From NCBI GenBank assembly GCA_963768855.1, contig CAVYJM010000006.1, forward strand, positions 864,001-928,000: a DNA stretch of 64,000 nt, in the 5' to 3' direction. The translations under genes were made by a program, and so were the position numbers. A model generated the notes under the pieces. The model searched no databases, was not told where the DNA came from, and saw only the letters and a program-made list of their open reading frames with translations. Numbering within the stretch: position 1 is the first letter of the stretch; the number at the start of each line of letters is the position of its first letter. Source of the DNA: an uncultured Thermoplasmata archaeon. Its GTDB lineage: Archaea; Thermoplasmatota; Thermoplasmata; RBG-16-68-12. Below, piece after piece: positions 28,341 to 38,241 of this stretch.

Positions 28341-29576
28341 ATGAAGGTCATGGTCCTGGGAGCGGGTGCCATCGGTTCGCTGACCGCCACCCTGCTCGCG
28401 AGGAGCGAGCAGGTCGACGAGCTCGTCGTCGCGTCGCGGCGTCTGCCGCAGGCGCGCGGCCTCGCCAAGAAGATCGGGAAGAAGCACGTGAGGGGGAAGC
28501 AGCTCGACTGCGACAAGGTCGGGGACATGACGAAGGCGTTCAAGGGCTTCGACATGGTCGTCAACCTCGTCCTCCCGCGGTTCAACCTGAAGATCATGGA
28601 CGCGTGCGTCAAGGCCGGCGCCCACTACCTTGACACCGCGACGGACCTCGTCCTGACGAAGGACAAGAAGGGCGACGTGATCACGCGCACGCCGGAGCAG
28701 ATCCAGCTCGACCTAGACGACAAGTGGAAGGACCACGACCTGACCGCGATGCTCGGGTGGGGCTGCGACCCCGGCCTGTCGAACATCTTCGCCCGCCTTG
28801 GGGCGGACCGCCTCGACCGCGTGGACGAGATCCTCGTGCGGGATGGGGACAACTCGACGATCGAAGGGTACGAGTTCGCCACGCTCTGGTCCGCGGACAC
28901 CCTCATCGAGGAGGTTCAGATGGACGCGCTCGCTTTCTACAACAAGCGGTTCGTGCGCGTCGGCACGGCGGAGGGCGAAGAGGTCTTCAACTTCCCCGAG
29001 CCCGTGGGACCGCAGACCGTGTACAACGTCGACCATGAGGAGTCCAACACGCTTCCCCTCTTCATCACGAAGGGCCTGCGGAACCAGGACTTCAAGCTCT
29101 CCCTGCCGAAGGAGCTCGCGGAGTTCATCCGCCTCGCGAAGAAGTGGGGCATGACGAAGGCGGAGCCGATCCCGGTGCGGAGCAAGTTCTACAACACGAC
29201 GACGAAGGTCGCGCCCCGTGACGTGATGACGGCCCTGCTGCCCACGCCTGTGGACATGACGGCGAACGTCCACGGGTCCACCTGCGTCGGGAGCGTGGTC
29301 AAGGGCGAGAAGAACGGCCACCCGGCCGGCTGGTTCATCTACACGTTGATGAGCCACGACTACTGCTACAAGAAGTACGGGTACAACGCTGTGTCGTACA
29401 CGACCGGCGCGCCGCCCGTCGTTGGGCTCGAGATGTTCGCCCGCAAGGAGATCGCCCGCCGCGGCGTGTTCCCGCCCGAGGTCCTCGACCCGGTGCCGAT
29501 CGTGAAGCACCTGCCCGACTGGGACATCCCGTACGGGGAGCGACCCGAGGTCCACGAGGTCGAGCTCGCCGCATAG
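28341..29576 (+). CDS. Saccharopine dehydrogenase-like / carboxy(nor)spermidine dehydrogenase family oxidoreductase (paralog 1)
   Basis: GAGAIG, HYLDTA, GCDPGLSN, WSADTLIEE, DHEESNTLP, RGVFPPE. Confidence 0.88.
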   Translation: MKVMVLGAGAIGSLTATLLARSEQVDELVVASRRLPQARGLAKKIGKKHVRGKQLDCDKVGDMTKAFKGFDMVVNLVLPRFNLKIMDACVKAGAHYLDTATDLVLTKDKKGDVITRTPEQIQLDLDDKWKDHDLTAMLGWGCDPGLSNIFARLGADRLDRVDEILVRDGDNSTIEGYEFATLWSADTLIEEVQMDALAFYNKRFVRVGTAEGEEVFNFPEPVGPQTVYNVDHEESNTLPLFITKGLRNQDFKLSLPKELAEFIRLAKKWGMTKAEPIPVRSKFYNTTTKVAPRDVMTALLPTPVDMTANVHGSTCVGSVVKGEKNGHPAGWFIYTLMSHDYCYKKYGYNAVSYTTGAPPVVGLEMFARKEIARRGVFPPEVLDPVPIVKHLPDWDIPYGERPEVHEVELAA

Positions 29577-29600
29577 ATTCGAGAAACCCGCGGTCCCAGG

Positions 29601-29637
29601 AGGGCACAGTTACTCCTTTCCCGGGGCCGCGGGAACC
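29601..29637 (+). repeat. 37-nt direct repeat, copy A, containing a TTCCCG-N6-CGGGAA palindrome
   Basis: 32/37 identical to 30410-30446 by manual alignment. Confidence 0.75.
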
Positions 29638-29715
29638 TCTACTTTCGACGTTGGATCAACCGGGTGGACGTGAGAATCAGTGATCTCTGTGCAAGACAAT
29701 CAGCAAGTTCAAACC

Positions 29716-30381
29716 ATGCAAGGGAGATGCGGAGTCGTGGTGGAGTCCCTCACTCGCGAGGCGGTCCGAGAAGCGCGCCCTGGGAGATCATCTCCACCCT
29801 CCTGGGGCTTGGCTGTTGCTTGCGCGGTGGCCATGACGCCAGGTATCCTTGTCATGATCGCAGCTTTCGGTGCGTTCGCGCGGATCTATCAGTACGTGCC
29901 CGTCGTGGACGTGTCAGCACTGCTTGCCTTCTCGGTCTTCTTTGCAGCAACCCTTTTCATGGCGTCGCGGACGGATTCGCGTGGCAGAGGACCCGAGTTC
30001 CTGCTAGTTGCAATCTTCGCGGGGTTCGGTCTTGGCTATTTCGGCATGGGCGCCTGGAATCTTGCCTCCATGGGGTTTCTCATCTTCACGCCGGCATGCC
30101 TCCTTGCGTATCTTGGGGTCGTGAGGACAGCCGATGCCACTCTGCCCACGAAGAAGTGGTGGGCCGTCACTTCTGCCAGCTTGGCGGTGGGGCTTGGTCT
30201 CCTGCCGGCCGTCCTCGTAGCGTTGAGCCTCTCTGCGACGACAATCTACCTTCCTGAACTCAGGAGGCAGATCGTGGTTGCTAGTTTTCTTGCTCTCGTG
30301 AGTTCTGTCACCCTTCTTGGCCTGGTGCGCGCTGTGTGGCCCATGCGAGGCGTTTCGGCCCGGGGGGCGGCGACCTCCTAG
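29716..30381 (+). CDS. Polytopic membrane protein, unknown function
   Basis: About six TM helices; visibly more AT-rich than its neighbours. Confidence 0.7.
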   Translation: MQGRCGVVVESLTREAVREARPGRSSPPSWGLAVACAVAMTPGILVMIAAFGAFARIYQYVPVVDVSALLAFSVFFAATLFMASRTDSRGRGPEFLLVAIFAGFGLGYFGMGAWNLASMGFLIFTPACLLAYLGVVRTADATLPTKKWWAVTSASLAVGLGLLPAVLVALSLSATTIYLPELRRQIVVASFLALVSSVTLLGLVRAVWPMRGVSARGAATS

Positions 30382-30409
30382 TTCGAGACGGTCGGTGTTG
30401 CGGCCCCGG

Positions 30410-30446
30410 AGGGCATAAGTACCCCTTCCCCGGGGCCGCGGGAACC
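30410..30446 (+). repeat. 37-nt direct repeat, copy B, upstream of paralog 2
   Basis: Matches 29601-29637; includes a TATA-like ATAAGTA. Confidence 0.75.
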
Positions 30447-30500
30447 GTTATTACCCCCGTCTGGCTCGGGACGGCCCAAGGAACGAGAGGTTCCGAGCTG

Positions 30501-31716
30501 ATGAAAGTTGTCGTCTTGGGAGCGGGAGCCATTGGCTCCGTCTCCGCCACCCTGCTGTCGAAGAGCCCGGTCGTCGAACGCCTCGTCATCGCGGACCGCA
30601 GCCTCGAGGCCGCGAAGACCCTCGCCGAGAAGCTGGACCGCGGGCGGGTCGAGGCGATGCGGGTCGACGCGAACAAGGTCGAGTCGATGGTCGAGGCCTT
30701 CAAGGGCTTCGACGTCGTCCTGAACCTCGTCCTCCCGCGCTTCAACCTGAAGATCATGGACGCGTGCCTCAAGGCAGGCGTGCACTACATGGACGCGGCC
30801 ACGGACCTCGCCCTGGCCAAGGAGAAGCCGGGCGAGTTCGTGAAGGCGCCGCCCGAGGCCCTCCAGCTCGCGTACGACGATGCGTTCAAGCAGGCCGGCC
30901 TGACGGCCCTCCTCGGGATGGGCCAGGACCCCGGGATCTCGAACATCCTCGCCCGGCTCGGGGCCGACCGGCTGGACGAGGTCCAGAAGATCGAGGTCCG
31001 CGACGGGGACGCCGGAACGGTCGACGGCTACGAGTTCGCCTCGCTGTGGTCCGTCGACACGCTCATCGAGGAGGTGCTGATGCCCGCCCTCGCGTTCCGC
31101 GACGGGAAGCTCGATCCGCCTCGGCTCGCTCGAGGGGGAGGAGATCTTCGACTTCCCCGCGCCGGTGGGCCCGCTCACCGTGTACAACGTGGACCACGAG
31201 GAGACGAACACGCTCCCGCTGACGATCGGCAAGGGTCTCCAGGCGATGGACTTCAAGATCGCGATCCCGGAAGACCTGGCGCACGCGCTGAAGGTGTTCC
31301 AGCGGTTCGGCCTGCATCGCGGCCACCCGATCGAGGTCGAGGTCAAGTCGACCGGGGAGAAGGTCAAGGTCGCGCCCCGCGACATGCTCGCGGCCCTCAT
31401 GCCCGACCCGAAGACGCTCTCGGACAAGGCGAAGGGATGGGCCAGCCTCGCGGTGGTTGTCCGGGGCCTGAAGGATGCGGAGAAGGCGGGCTGGATGTTC
31501 TGGATGATCCTGGACCACCAGGAGTGCTATCGGAAGTACGGATTCAACGCGACGAGCTATCCGGTCGGCGCGCCGATGGCCATGGCGGCCGAGATGATCG
31601 GCCGTGGCGAGATCACCCGCCGCGGCGCATTTCCCCTCGAGATGCTCGACCCCGCTCCGTTCCTGAAGCACTTCCCGGAGTATGGGATCATCATCCAGGA
31701 GAAGCGGCTGACCTGA
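30501..31716 (+). CDS. Saccharopine dehydrogenase-like oxidoreductase (paralog 2), one frameshift at ~31112
   Basis: GAGAIG, GQDPGISN, WSVDTLIEE; then in the shifted frame EEIFDFPAPVG, DHEETNTLP, RGAFPLE. Confidence 0.88.
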
Positions 31717-31722
31717 TCCGGG

Positions 31723-32709
31723 TCAGCGCGGGTCGGCGAGGCCCGCGTAGCCGCCGAGGCCCGTCGCGGCGCGCACGGCGTTGACCGCGGCGCGGGCCAC
31801 CTCCCGCACGGCGAGGTGATGCAAGGCGTCGAAGGCGCGGTAGTCGATCCGCTTGGCTCGCCTTCTCCCGGTGCAGAAGCCCAGGATCGTGTCTCCGTCC
31901 GTCGACATATGCGCGGGTCGAATGGCCAGAGCGAGCCCATCGTGGGCCAGTTCGACGAGGCGGGCGAGCTGTTCATGGTCGAGCGGCGCATCCGTGCCGA
32001 GGGCTCCGATCGTCGTCCCGAAGCGGGTCGTCGAACGCGCGAGGTATTCGTCGAGGAGGTCGTCCATCTCCAAGAACTCCTCCGAACCCGCCCGGTGGGT
32101 CCCCGCGATCGTCTTCCGCCCCACCAGGTCGTAGACGTTGCCCACACAGTTCGTGACCACCACCGCGCCGAGGGTCCAGGAGCCGATTCTCGCGCTGCTG
32201 CTGCCGAGCCCACCCTTCGTCCCCTTCAGTCCGCGCGCGTCGAAGAACGGGCCCACCGTCGCGCCGGTGCCCGCGCCCACGGTCCCCTGCCGCACCGGCC
32301 TGGAGGTCGCCGCACGGCATGCGCGGTAGCCGAGGTCGACATAGTCCCGCCCCTCGAGCGGGCCGAAGTGGACGTCGTAGATGTTCGTGCCCATGATCGC
32401 GGGCATCTTCCCGCCGCCCCGAGGCTTCGCGAGCCCCTTCTCCAGGAGGTATCGGCGGATCCCGATCGAAGCGTCGTACCCGTAGATGTCCCCTCCCGTG
32501 AGGAAGAGGGCATGACGGTCGATGAACGTCTTCCCCAGGTCCGACGCCGCGGTGTCGAAGCTGCCGGGCCAGCCGCCGCGGGTGTCCGCGAAGGCCATCG
32601 CCGGAGGATCGATCAGGACGACCGTGGTCCCGCTTCGGACGGCGAGGTCCTGCGCATGCCCGACGCGAACACCTCGAAGGGCCGTGAGGGTGCGGTTCGT
32701 GGAAGGCAT
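31723..32709 (-). CDS. Peptidase S58/DmpA-family (P1) aminopeptidase-like Ntn hydrolase
   Basis: GVRVGHA, GTTVVL, GTVGAGTGA, GGLGSSS, TTIGALGTDA, HMSTDGDT. Confidence 0.88.
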   Translation of the reverse strand: MPSTNRTLTALRGVRVGHAQDLAVRSGTTVVLIDPPAMAFADTRGGWPGSFDTAASDLGKTFIDRHALFLTGGDIYGYDASIGIRRYLLEKGLAKPRGGGKMPAIMGTNIYDVHFGPLEGRDYVDLGYRACRAATSRPVRQGTVGAGTGATVGPFFDARGLKGTKGGLGSSSARIGSWTLGAVVVTNCVGNVYDLVGRKTIAGTHRAGSEEFLEMDDLLDEYLARSTTRFGTTIGALGTDAPLDHEQLARLVELAHDGLALAIRPAHMSTDGDTILGFCTGRRRAKRIDYRAFDALHHLAVREVARAAVNAVRAATGLGGYAGLADPR

Positions 32710-32770
32710 GAAGTTCAACCCCGGAGCGGCGCCGGAACGCCCTCGTCCCTTAAAGAACCGACGCGTGTCC

Positions 32771-33955
32771 CTAGGCGGGAGTCTCATCGATTTGGAAGGT
32801 CACGCCGCGGGCCTCGAGCTCCGGCAGGACGACGTCGAGGGGAAGTTCCTCCGCCGCGAGGACGCCCGTGCGCGGGATCTTCTTCCCAATCACGATCGCC
32901 GCCGCCGAGGCGACCGCGACGGCCGTGAGGAAGCGCTCCGCGGTCGTTCCGCGCCGCCGGTTCGCCTCGCGGTGGTCGATCACGATGGATGCCCGGATGC
33001 GCGCCCGGGAGCCGTCCGGCTTCACGCCGATCGCCTCGGCGACGATGGCCATGGATCCTGCGATGGGGTGGATCAGGGTCGAGGGCTCCGGGAACGTCGA
33101 GAGGAACGCGTCCCGGAAGGTGGTCTGGCCGCTCCCGATCTGGATGCGTTTCTCCTCGCGGAGCAGGCCGAGGGAGTCGAGCGAGACGATCGCCCGGATC
33201 AGCTCCGGGTTGATGTCGTGCTTGTAGACGACCTTCCCCACGGGCCGTCCGAGGCGGAACGGGAGGGTGAGGACCTCTTCATGATAGAACTGGTACAGAT
33301 GTCGCTTCCCGACCGGCGCGGGGAACTCGTAGTCCTCCTCGCCGCTGACGAAGGGTTGGGGCGTGATTTGGCCACCTTCCCACACCGAAGGCGGGGAGAG
33401 CGCATCGCGGAGGAACACGGCGCGGGAGTAGAGCGGATACCCTTCGACCTCGCCCGTCCCTGCGGCGGCCTTCAGGATTCGGATCTCCTCCACGGTCTGC
33501 AGGCGGTCCGCCGCGGCGCGCGCCATCACGTTGGAGAGGCCGGGGTCCGATCCCATCGAGACGACCGCGGTCCGCCCCTTCGCCCGCCAGGCGGCATCCT
33601 GGTCCAGCTGGGCGAGGACGCCGGGCCGTTCCCCCGGCGCCACGGGACTCAGCCCCCAGGAGTCGATGTAGGAGCATCCCGCCTCGAGGCACGCCGCCAT
33701 GACCGGGAGGTTGAAGTCCGGGAGGGTCGCGTTGACCGCGACATCGACGCCCGCCAGGGCGTCGCGGAGAGGGCCCGGTTGGGTCACATCGACCTGCAGG
33801 GGACGGACCGTCGTCGTGCGGCCGATGGACTTGAGCGCCTTCGAGCGGTCCCCGCGCTTGTCCGCAAGGACGAGCTCCGTGACGCGGGCGTCGGAGGCGA
33901 GCTCGAGCGCCAGAATCCGGCCCAGCCCCCCGATCCCGAGGACAGCGACCTTCAC
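32771..33955 (-). CDS. Saccharopine dehydrogenase-like oxidoreductase (paralog 3, divergent)
   Basis: GIGGLG, YIDSW, GSDPGLSN, YHEEVLTLP, GVLAAEEL. Confidence 0.85.
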   Translation of the reverse strand: MKVAVLGIGGLGRILALELASDARVTELVLADKRGDRSKALKSIGRTTTVRPLQVDVTQPGPLRDALAGVDVAVNATLPDFNLPVMAACLEAGCSYIDSWGLSPVAPGERPGVLAQLDQDAAWRAKGRTAVVSMGSDPGLSNVMARAAADRLQTVEEIRILKAAAGTGEVEGYPLYSRAVFLRDALSPPSVWEGGQITPQPFVSGEEDYEFPAPVGKRHLYQFYHEEVLTLPFRLGRPVGKVVYKHDINPELIRAIVSLDSLGLLREEKRIQIGSGQTTFRDAFLSTFPEPSTLIHPIAGSMAIVAEAIGVKPDGSRARIRASIVIDHREANRRRGTTAERFLTAVAVASAAAIVIGKKIPRTGVLAAEELPLDVVLPELEARGVTFQIDETPA

Positions 33956-34159
33956 GTCCGGTTCGAGGGGACGTGGCGCGGCTTCAATCTTTGCCCGCGA
34001 ATGTCCATTGGCGCGGGTCAGGGGAGCGGCCTGCCCCGCGCAGGAAGGCGGCTATGATTCTGCCGCATGCGAATGGCCTCGCAAGGACTTTATATCAACG
34101 AGACTCGATGAATCCCAAGGCCGGCATCCCCCCGCACCTCCGGCCGGAGTGAGGCTCGC

Positions 34160-36298
34160 ATGGTCGCGAAGGCGATCCCCGTCAATGGGAATGCGCATCC
34201 CCGCCTGGCCCGGGAGGTCCTCGTCATCGATGCGAACGAGGACCATCAGACCCTCAGCGCGCTCGCCCTGGGGCGTCGCGGGTTCAAGGTGACCGCGGTC
34301 GCGTCCGGGACGGAGGGGCTCCGGCTCGCGCTCTCCCAACCTTTCGATGCGATTGTCCTCGACCACAAGGTGCGCGATGTCGCGGCGTTCGAGGTCCTCC
34401 AGAGCCTCGTGCGGCGGCTGCCGCAGACGCCGAAGATCTTCGTGGTGGCCGCCGGGACCGAGGATCAGGCCGTCAAGGCGATGAGCGCGGGCGCGACCGG
34501 GTACCTCGTGAAGACCGCGCGGTACAACGAGGTCCTCGCGGTCGAGGTCGAGGACCAGATCGAGAAGGCGCGGACGAAGGCTCGCCTGGTCGAGCAGAGC
34601 CGGGCGCTCGAGCAGGGCGTGGCGGAACGCGAGAAGGCCGAGGAGGCGCTCCGGGCCTTCGAGGACCGCGTGGGCGTGATGAGCGAGCAGGCTCCCTTCA
34701 TCCTGTGGACTATGGACACGGACTTGCACTTCACCTCCTCGGTGGGCTCCGGACTCCAGAGCATCGGCCTGAGGCCGAACGAGGTCACGGGCCAGACCCT
34801 CCAGGAATTCGCGCGGAGCGACGATCCCGACCTCCCGCTCATCGCAGCGCACCGGCGCGCCTTGGCGGGAGAGACCGCGCGGTTCGAGCAGGAATGGGAG
34901 GGACGGGTCTTCGACGTTCATGTCGAACCGCTGCGGAAGAAGGGCGGCCCGATTCTCGGCGTATTCGGCGTCGCCCTGGATGTCACGGAGCGGGTGCGGG
35001 CGGAGCGGATCCAGTCCGCTCTCTTCCGGATCTCGCAGGCCGCGTCAAGCGCGGAGAGCCTGGAGGACGTCCTCCGTTCGATCCACGCGATCGTGGGCGA
35101 GCTCATGCCCGCAAGGAACTTCTACGTCGCCCTTCACAATCCTGATGCGAACACGCTCACCTTCCCATACTTCGTCGACGAGGCGGAGAACCCGCCGGGG
35201 CCCCAGCCGGTCGGGCGCGGCCTGACGGAGTATGTCCTGCGGACCGGGAAACCCCTCCTCGCGTCGCCCGATGTCTTCCAGAACCTCTTGGATACGGGCG
35301 AGGTGGAGCTGCTCGGTCCGCCCTCGATCGACTGGCTCGGCGTCCCGCTCATTGTGAAAGACCGCGTCTTCGGAGTCCTCGTCGTCCAGAGCTACACGGA
35401 AGGCGTCCGATACACGGAGGAAGAGCGGGACCTCCTGCGGTTCGTGTGCGCTCAGATCGCGATGGTGGTCGACCGCAAGCGCGCGGAGGACAGCGTCCGG
35501 CAGAGCGAACGCGCCCTGTCGACGATGCTGAGCCATCTCCCCGGCGTCGCGTACCGCACCCGGTACGACGAGGCCTGGACGAACGAGTTCGTGAGCGAGG
35601 GGTGCTTCGAGATCCTCGGATACCGTCCGGAGGACCTGCAGGGGAACCGGAAGGTCTCGGGGCGGGACCTGATCCACCCGGACGACCGTCGCTGGGTGCA
35701 ACAGGAGACGGAGGTCGCCGTCGAGGAGCATCGGCCCTACCGGATCCACTACCGCATCCGCACGGCGACCGGAGAGGAGAAGTGGGTCTGGGACCAGGGT
35801 CACGCGATCTACGGGCCGGACGGGAAGGTCGTGGCCCTCGAGGGCCTCGTGACCGACGTGACGGAGTGGAAGGCGGTCGTGGACGGCCTCCGGAACATGG
35901 GCATCTTCCGTGCACTCTTCGATTCCGCGAACGACCCGATTCTCCTCATCGATCGCAAAGGGTGCGTCTTCGACGCGAACCCCATGGCGGAGGCTCTCCT
36001 CGCGAAGGAACGGGGCCTCCTCCTCGGCAAGCCCGTCGAGGAGTTCGTGTGGTCCGAGCCCCTGGGGACGTTCCGCCGCCATCTCGAGGACCTGTTCGAG
36101 GATCGGATCCGGGAGGACTCGTGGGACGCGACGCTGCGCGGGCCGCCAAACACGCGCCGTCGGGTGCACCTCCACGCGCGCATGGTCCGCGAGGCCGGTG
36201 CGGACCCGCTCGCGGAGCTCAGCCTTCGGGACGCGGAGCCCGGAGCGGGTCCCGGGACCCGGGCCGCGGTGGGCCGGATCGGTCCGCCCAGGGCGTGA
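34160..36298 (+). CDS. REC-PAS-GAF-PAS-PAS signalling protein with no output domain
   Basis: Receiver (IVLDH, GYLVK); PAS (WTMDTDL...GVALDVTE); GAF (NFYVAL, GLTEYVL, WLGVPL); PAS (IHPDDR, WVWDQG); PAS. Confidence 0.88.
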   Translation: MVAKAIPVNGNAHPRLAREVLVIDANEDHQTLSALALGRRGFKVTAVASGTEGLRLALSQPFDAIVLDHKVRDVAAFEVLQSLVRRLPQTPKIFVVAAGTEDQAVKAMSAGATGYLVKTARYNEVLAVEVEDQIEKARTKARLVEQSRALEQGVAEREKAEEALRAFEDRVGVMSEQAPFILWTMDTDLHFTSSVGSGLQSIGLRPNEVTGQTLQEFARSDDPDLPLIAAHRRALAGETARFEQEWEGRVFDVHVEPLRKKGGPILGVFGVALDVTERVRAERIQSALFRISQAASSAESLEDVLRSIHAIVGELMPARNFYVALHNPDANTLTFPYFVDEAENPPGPQPVGRGLTEYVLRTGKPLLASPDVFQNLLDTGEVELLGPPSIDWLGVPLIVKDRVFGVLVVQSYTEGVRYTEEERDLLRFVCAQIAMVVDRKRAEDSVRQSERALSTMLSHLPGVAYRTRYDEAWTNEFVSEGCFEILGYRPEDLQGNRKVSGRDLIHPDDRRWVQQETEVAVEEHRPYRIHYRIRTATGEEKWVWDQGHAIYGPDGKVVALEGLVTDVTEWKAVVDGLRNMGIFRALFDSANDPILLIDRKGCVFDANPMAEALLAKERGLLLGKPVEEFVWSEPLGTFRRHLEDLFEDRIREDSWDATLRGPPNTRRRVHLHARMVREAGADPLAELSLRDAEPGAGPGTRAAVGRIGPPRA

Positions 36299-36332
36299 GG
36301 TTTATCAACCGGGGGCCATTCCGGCGCATCGG

Positions 36333-36518
36333 ATGAAGCCCAACCACCCCGAGCTGTGCCCGAAGTGCGGGAAGCCCACCTTCAACTGGTACTACCTCGC
36401 GGTCCGCATCTACATCCATTGCGAGCACTGCGGATACGAGGAGCGCGGGATCAGCAACACCCCGCTGTCCGGCGTCCAGGTGAGCAGCGACAGCCGCACC
36501 CCCGCCGCGAGGAGCTGA
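36333..36518 (+). CDS. Small zinc-ribbon protein
   Basis: CPKCG...CEHCG; TTTATC upstream. Confidence 0.6.
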   Translation: MKPNHPELCPKCGKPTFNWYYLAVRIYIHCEHCGYEERGISNTPLSGVQVSSDSRTPAARS

Positions 36519-36523
36519 GGTGG

Positions 36524-36964
36524 ATGCCCGAGGGGACTGTCGTCTTCGACGTGGCCGTGCCGGTCGACCGAGCCTGGACATTCTTGAGCGACATGAGGAA
36601 GGTCGGTACCTGCGTTCCCGGCGTCGAGGCCATCGAGGTCGTGGACGTGCGACACGCGAAGTGGACGCTGAAGGTCAAGATCGGGCCGCTCTCCCAGACG
36701 GTCCACGTCGACACGGAGACCCTCGAGCAGATCATCCCGTCGCGGGCCCGCTTCCGTGGGGTCGCGGACAACATGGAGATGCTCGGCACGATTGAGCTCG
36801 CCCCCGCGGGGGGTGCGACACACATCACCTACACGATGGTCGTGACCGCGAAGGGGCCGCTCGCGAGGATCATGGACAACTTCATGAAGTCGCGGCTCAA
36901 GCAGCAATCCGACGAGTTCGCGGCGAACGTGAAGAAAGCCCTGGAAGGCGGGGACGCGGCCTAA
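36524..36964 (+). CDS. CoxG/SRPBCC family protein
   Basis: AWTFLSD...GTCVPGVE, KVKIGPL. Confidence 0.85.
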   Translation: MPEGTVVFDVAVPVDRAWTFLSDMRKVGTCVPGVEAIEVVDVRHAKWTLKVKIGPLSQTVHVDTETLEQIIPSRARFRGVADNMEMLGTIELAPAGGATHITYTMVVTAKGPLARIMDNFMKSRLKQQSDEFAANVKKALEGGDAA

Positions 36965-37169
36965 CGGCATCCCTCCGCGCACAGCCCGACAGGACGAGCC
37001 GGTGGGGCGAAGGCCGTCGCGGGCTTGGTTCCTCGCCGCGCGCATGAGCGCGGGATGTCGGCCCGTTATCGACCTCGGCTCATTCTCTCGATTCCGTTCC
37101 ACAAGGCTTTTTGCCATCTCACGCCTACTTGTTGGAACCCCTGCACGGGTTGGGGAAGGAAGTCGGTTC

Positions 37170-38102
37170 ATGAAAGCCGTTCGAAGCCATTCGCGGGGAG
37201 GACCCGAGACGCTCGTGTACGAAGACGCCCCGGAGCCGCACGTCCAGACGGGCGATGCCCTCGTCCGGGTTCATGCGGCCGCCATCACGCCCACGGAGTT
37301 CACGTGGAACTCGACGTGGACGGGTGCAGACGGGAAGGACCGGCGTCCGATCGTGCCGAGCTTCGAGGTCTCCGGGACCGTGGAACGGGTGGCCGCTGGC
37401 GTGTCGGATGTGAAGAAAGGCGACGCGATCTACGGCTTGCTCAGTTTCTGGCGCGACGGTGCGGCGGCCGAGTACGTGGCGGTCCGCGCCGCCGACCTGG
37501 CTCCCAAGCCCGCGTCCCTCGATCATGTCCACGCGGCGGCCGTGCCGTTGTCGGGGCTCACCGCGTGGCAGGCCCTGTTCGACCATGCCCGGGTGGCGAA
37601 GGGAGACCGCGTCTTGGTTCACGGCGCGGCCGGCGGCGTCGGAACCTTCGCGATCCAGTTCGCGCACTGGCACGGGGCGCACGTGATCGGGACGGCTTCG
37701 AAGCGCAACGCGGAATTCCTCACGGACCTCGGAGCGGACGAGGTGCTCGACTATGCCTCGGTTCGCTTCGAGGATGCGGGCCGCGGCGTGGACGCGGTGA
37801 TCGACACGGTCGGTGGCGAGACCCTGGATCGCTCCTGGGGCGTGCCGCGCCCGGGCGGTGTCGTGGTCACGGTCGCGGGGGATGTTGCGGAAGCCGTTGC
37901 CGCGAAGCACGGTGTGCGCGGGGTGTCCATGCTCGTGCAACCGAACCGGTCCCAGCTCACTCAGATCGCCGGCCTGATTGACGCCGGGACGATTCGGCCG
38001 ATCGTCGAGGCGGTCCTTCCTCTGCCGCGGGCCCGCGAGGCGTACGAGCGCGGCCTCCGGGGGCACAACCGGGGAAAGCTTGTGTTGCAGGTCGTTCGTT
38101 GA
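37170..38102 (+). CDS. NADP-dependent quinone oxidoreductase-like (MDR family)
   Basis: AAAVPLSGLTAWQAL, HGAAGGVG, RGKLVL. Confidence 0.92.
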   Translation: MKAVRSHSRGGPETLVYEDAPEPHVQTGDALVRVHAAAITPTEFTWNSTWTGADGKDRRPIVPSFEVSGTVERVAAGVSDVKKGDAIYGLLSFWRDGAAAEYVAVRAADLAPKPASLDHVHAAAVPLSGLTAWQALFDHARVAKGDRVLVHGAAGGVGTFAIQFAHWHGAHVIGTASKRNAEFLTDLGADEVLDYASVRFEDAGRGVDAVIDTVGGETLDRSWGVPRPGGVVVTVAGDVAEAVAAKHGVRGVSMLVQPNRSQLTQIAGLIDAGTIRPIVEAVLPLPRAREAYERGLRGHNRGKLVLQVVR

Positions 38103-38241
38103 TCCAGGTCCGATGAGGGAGGCCGTCCCCAGGGAGATGGGTCCCGTGGCCAAGGGATTTGAGGGGGAACGAGTTGGGGTGGCCGCCGTCGCCCTGTGTC
38201 GATCGGACGGCCGGTGACCGGACGCGGTGAGGCGTGTCGCA

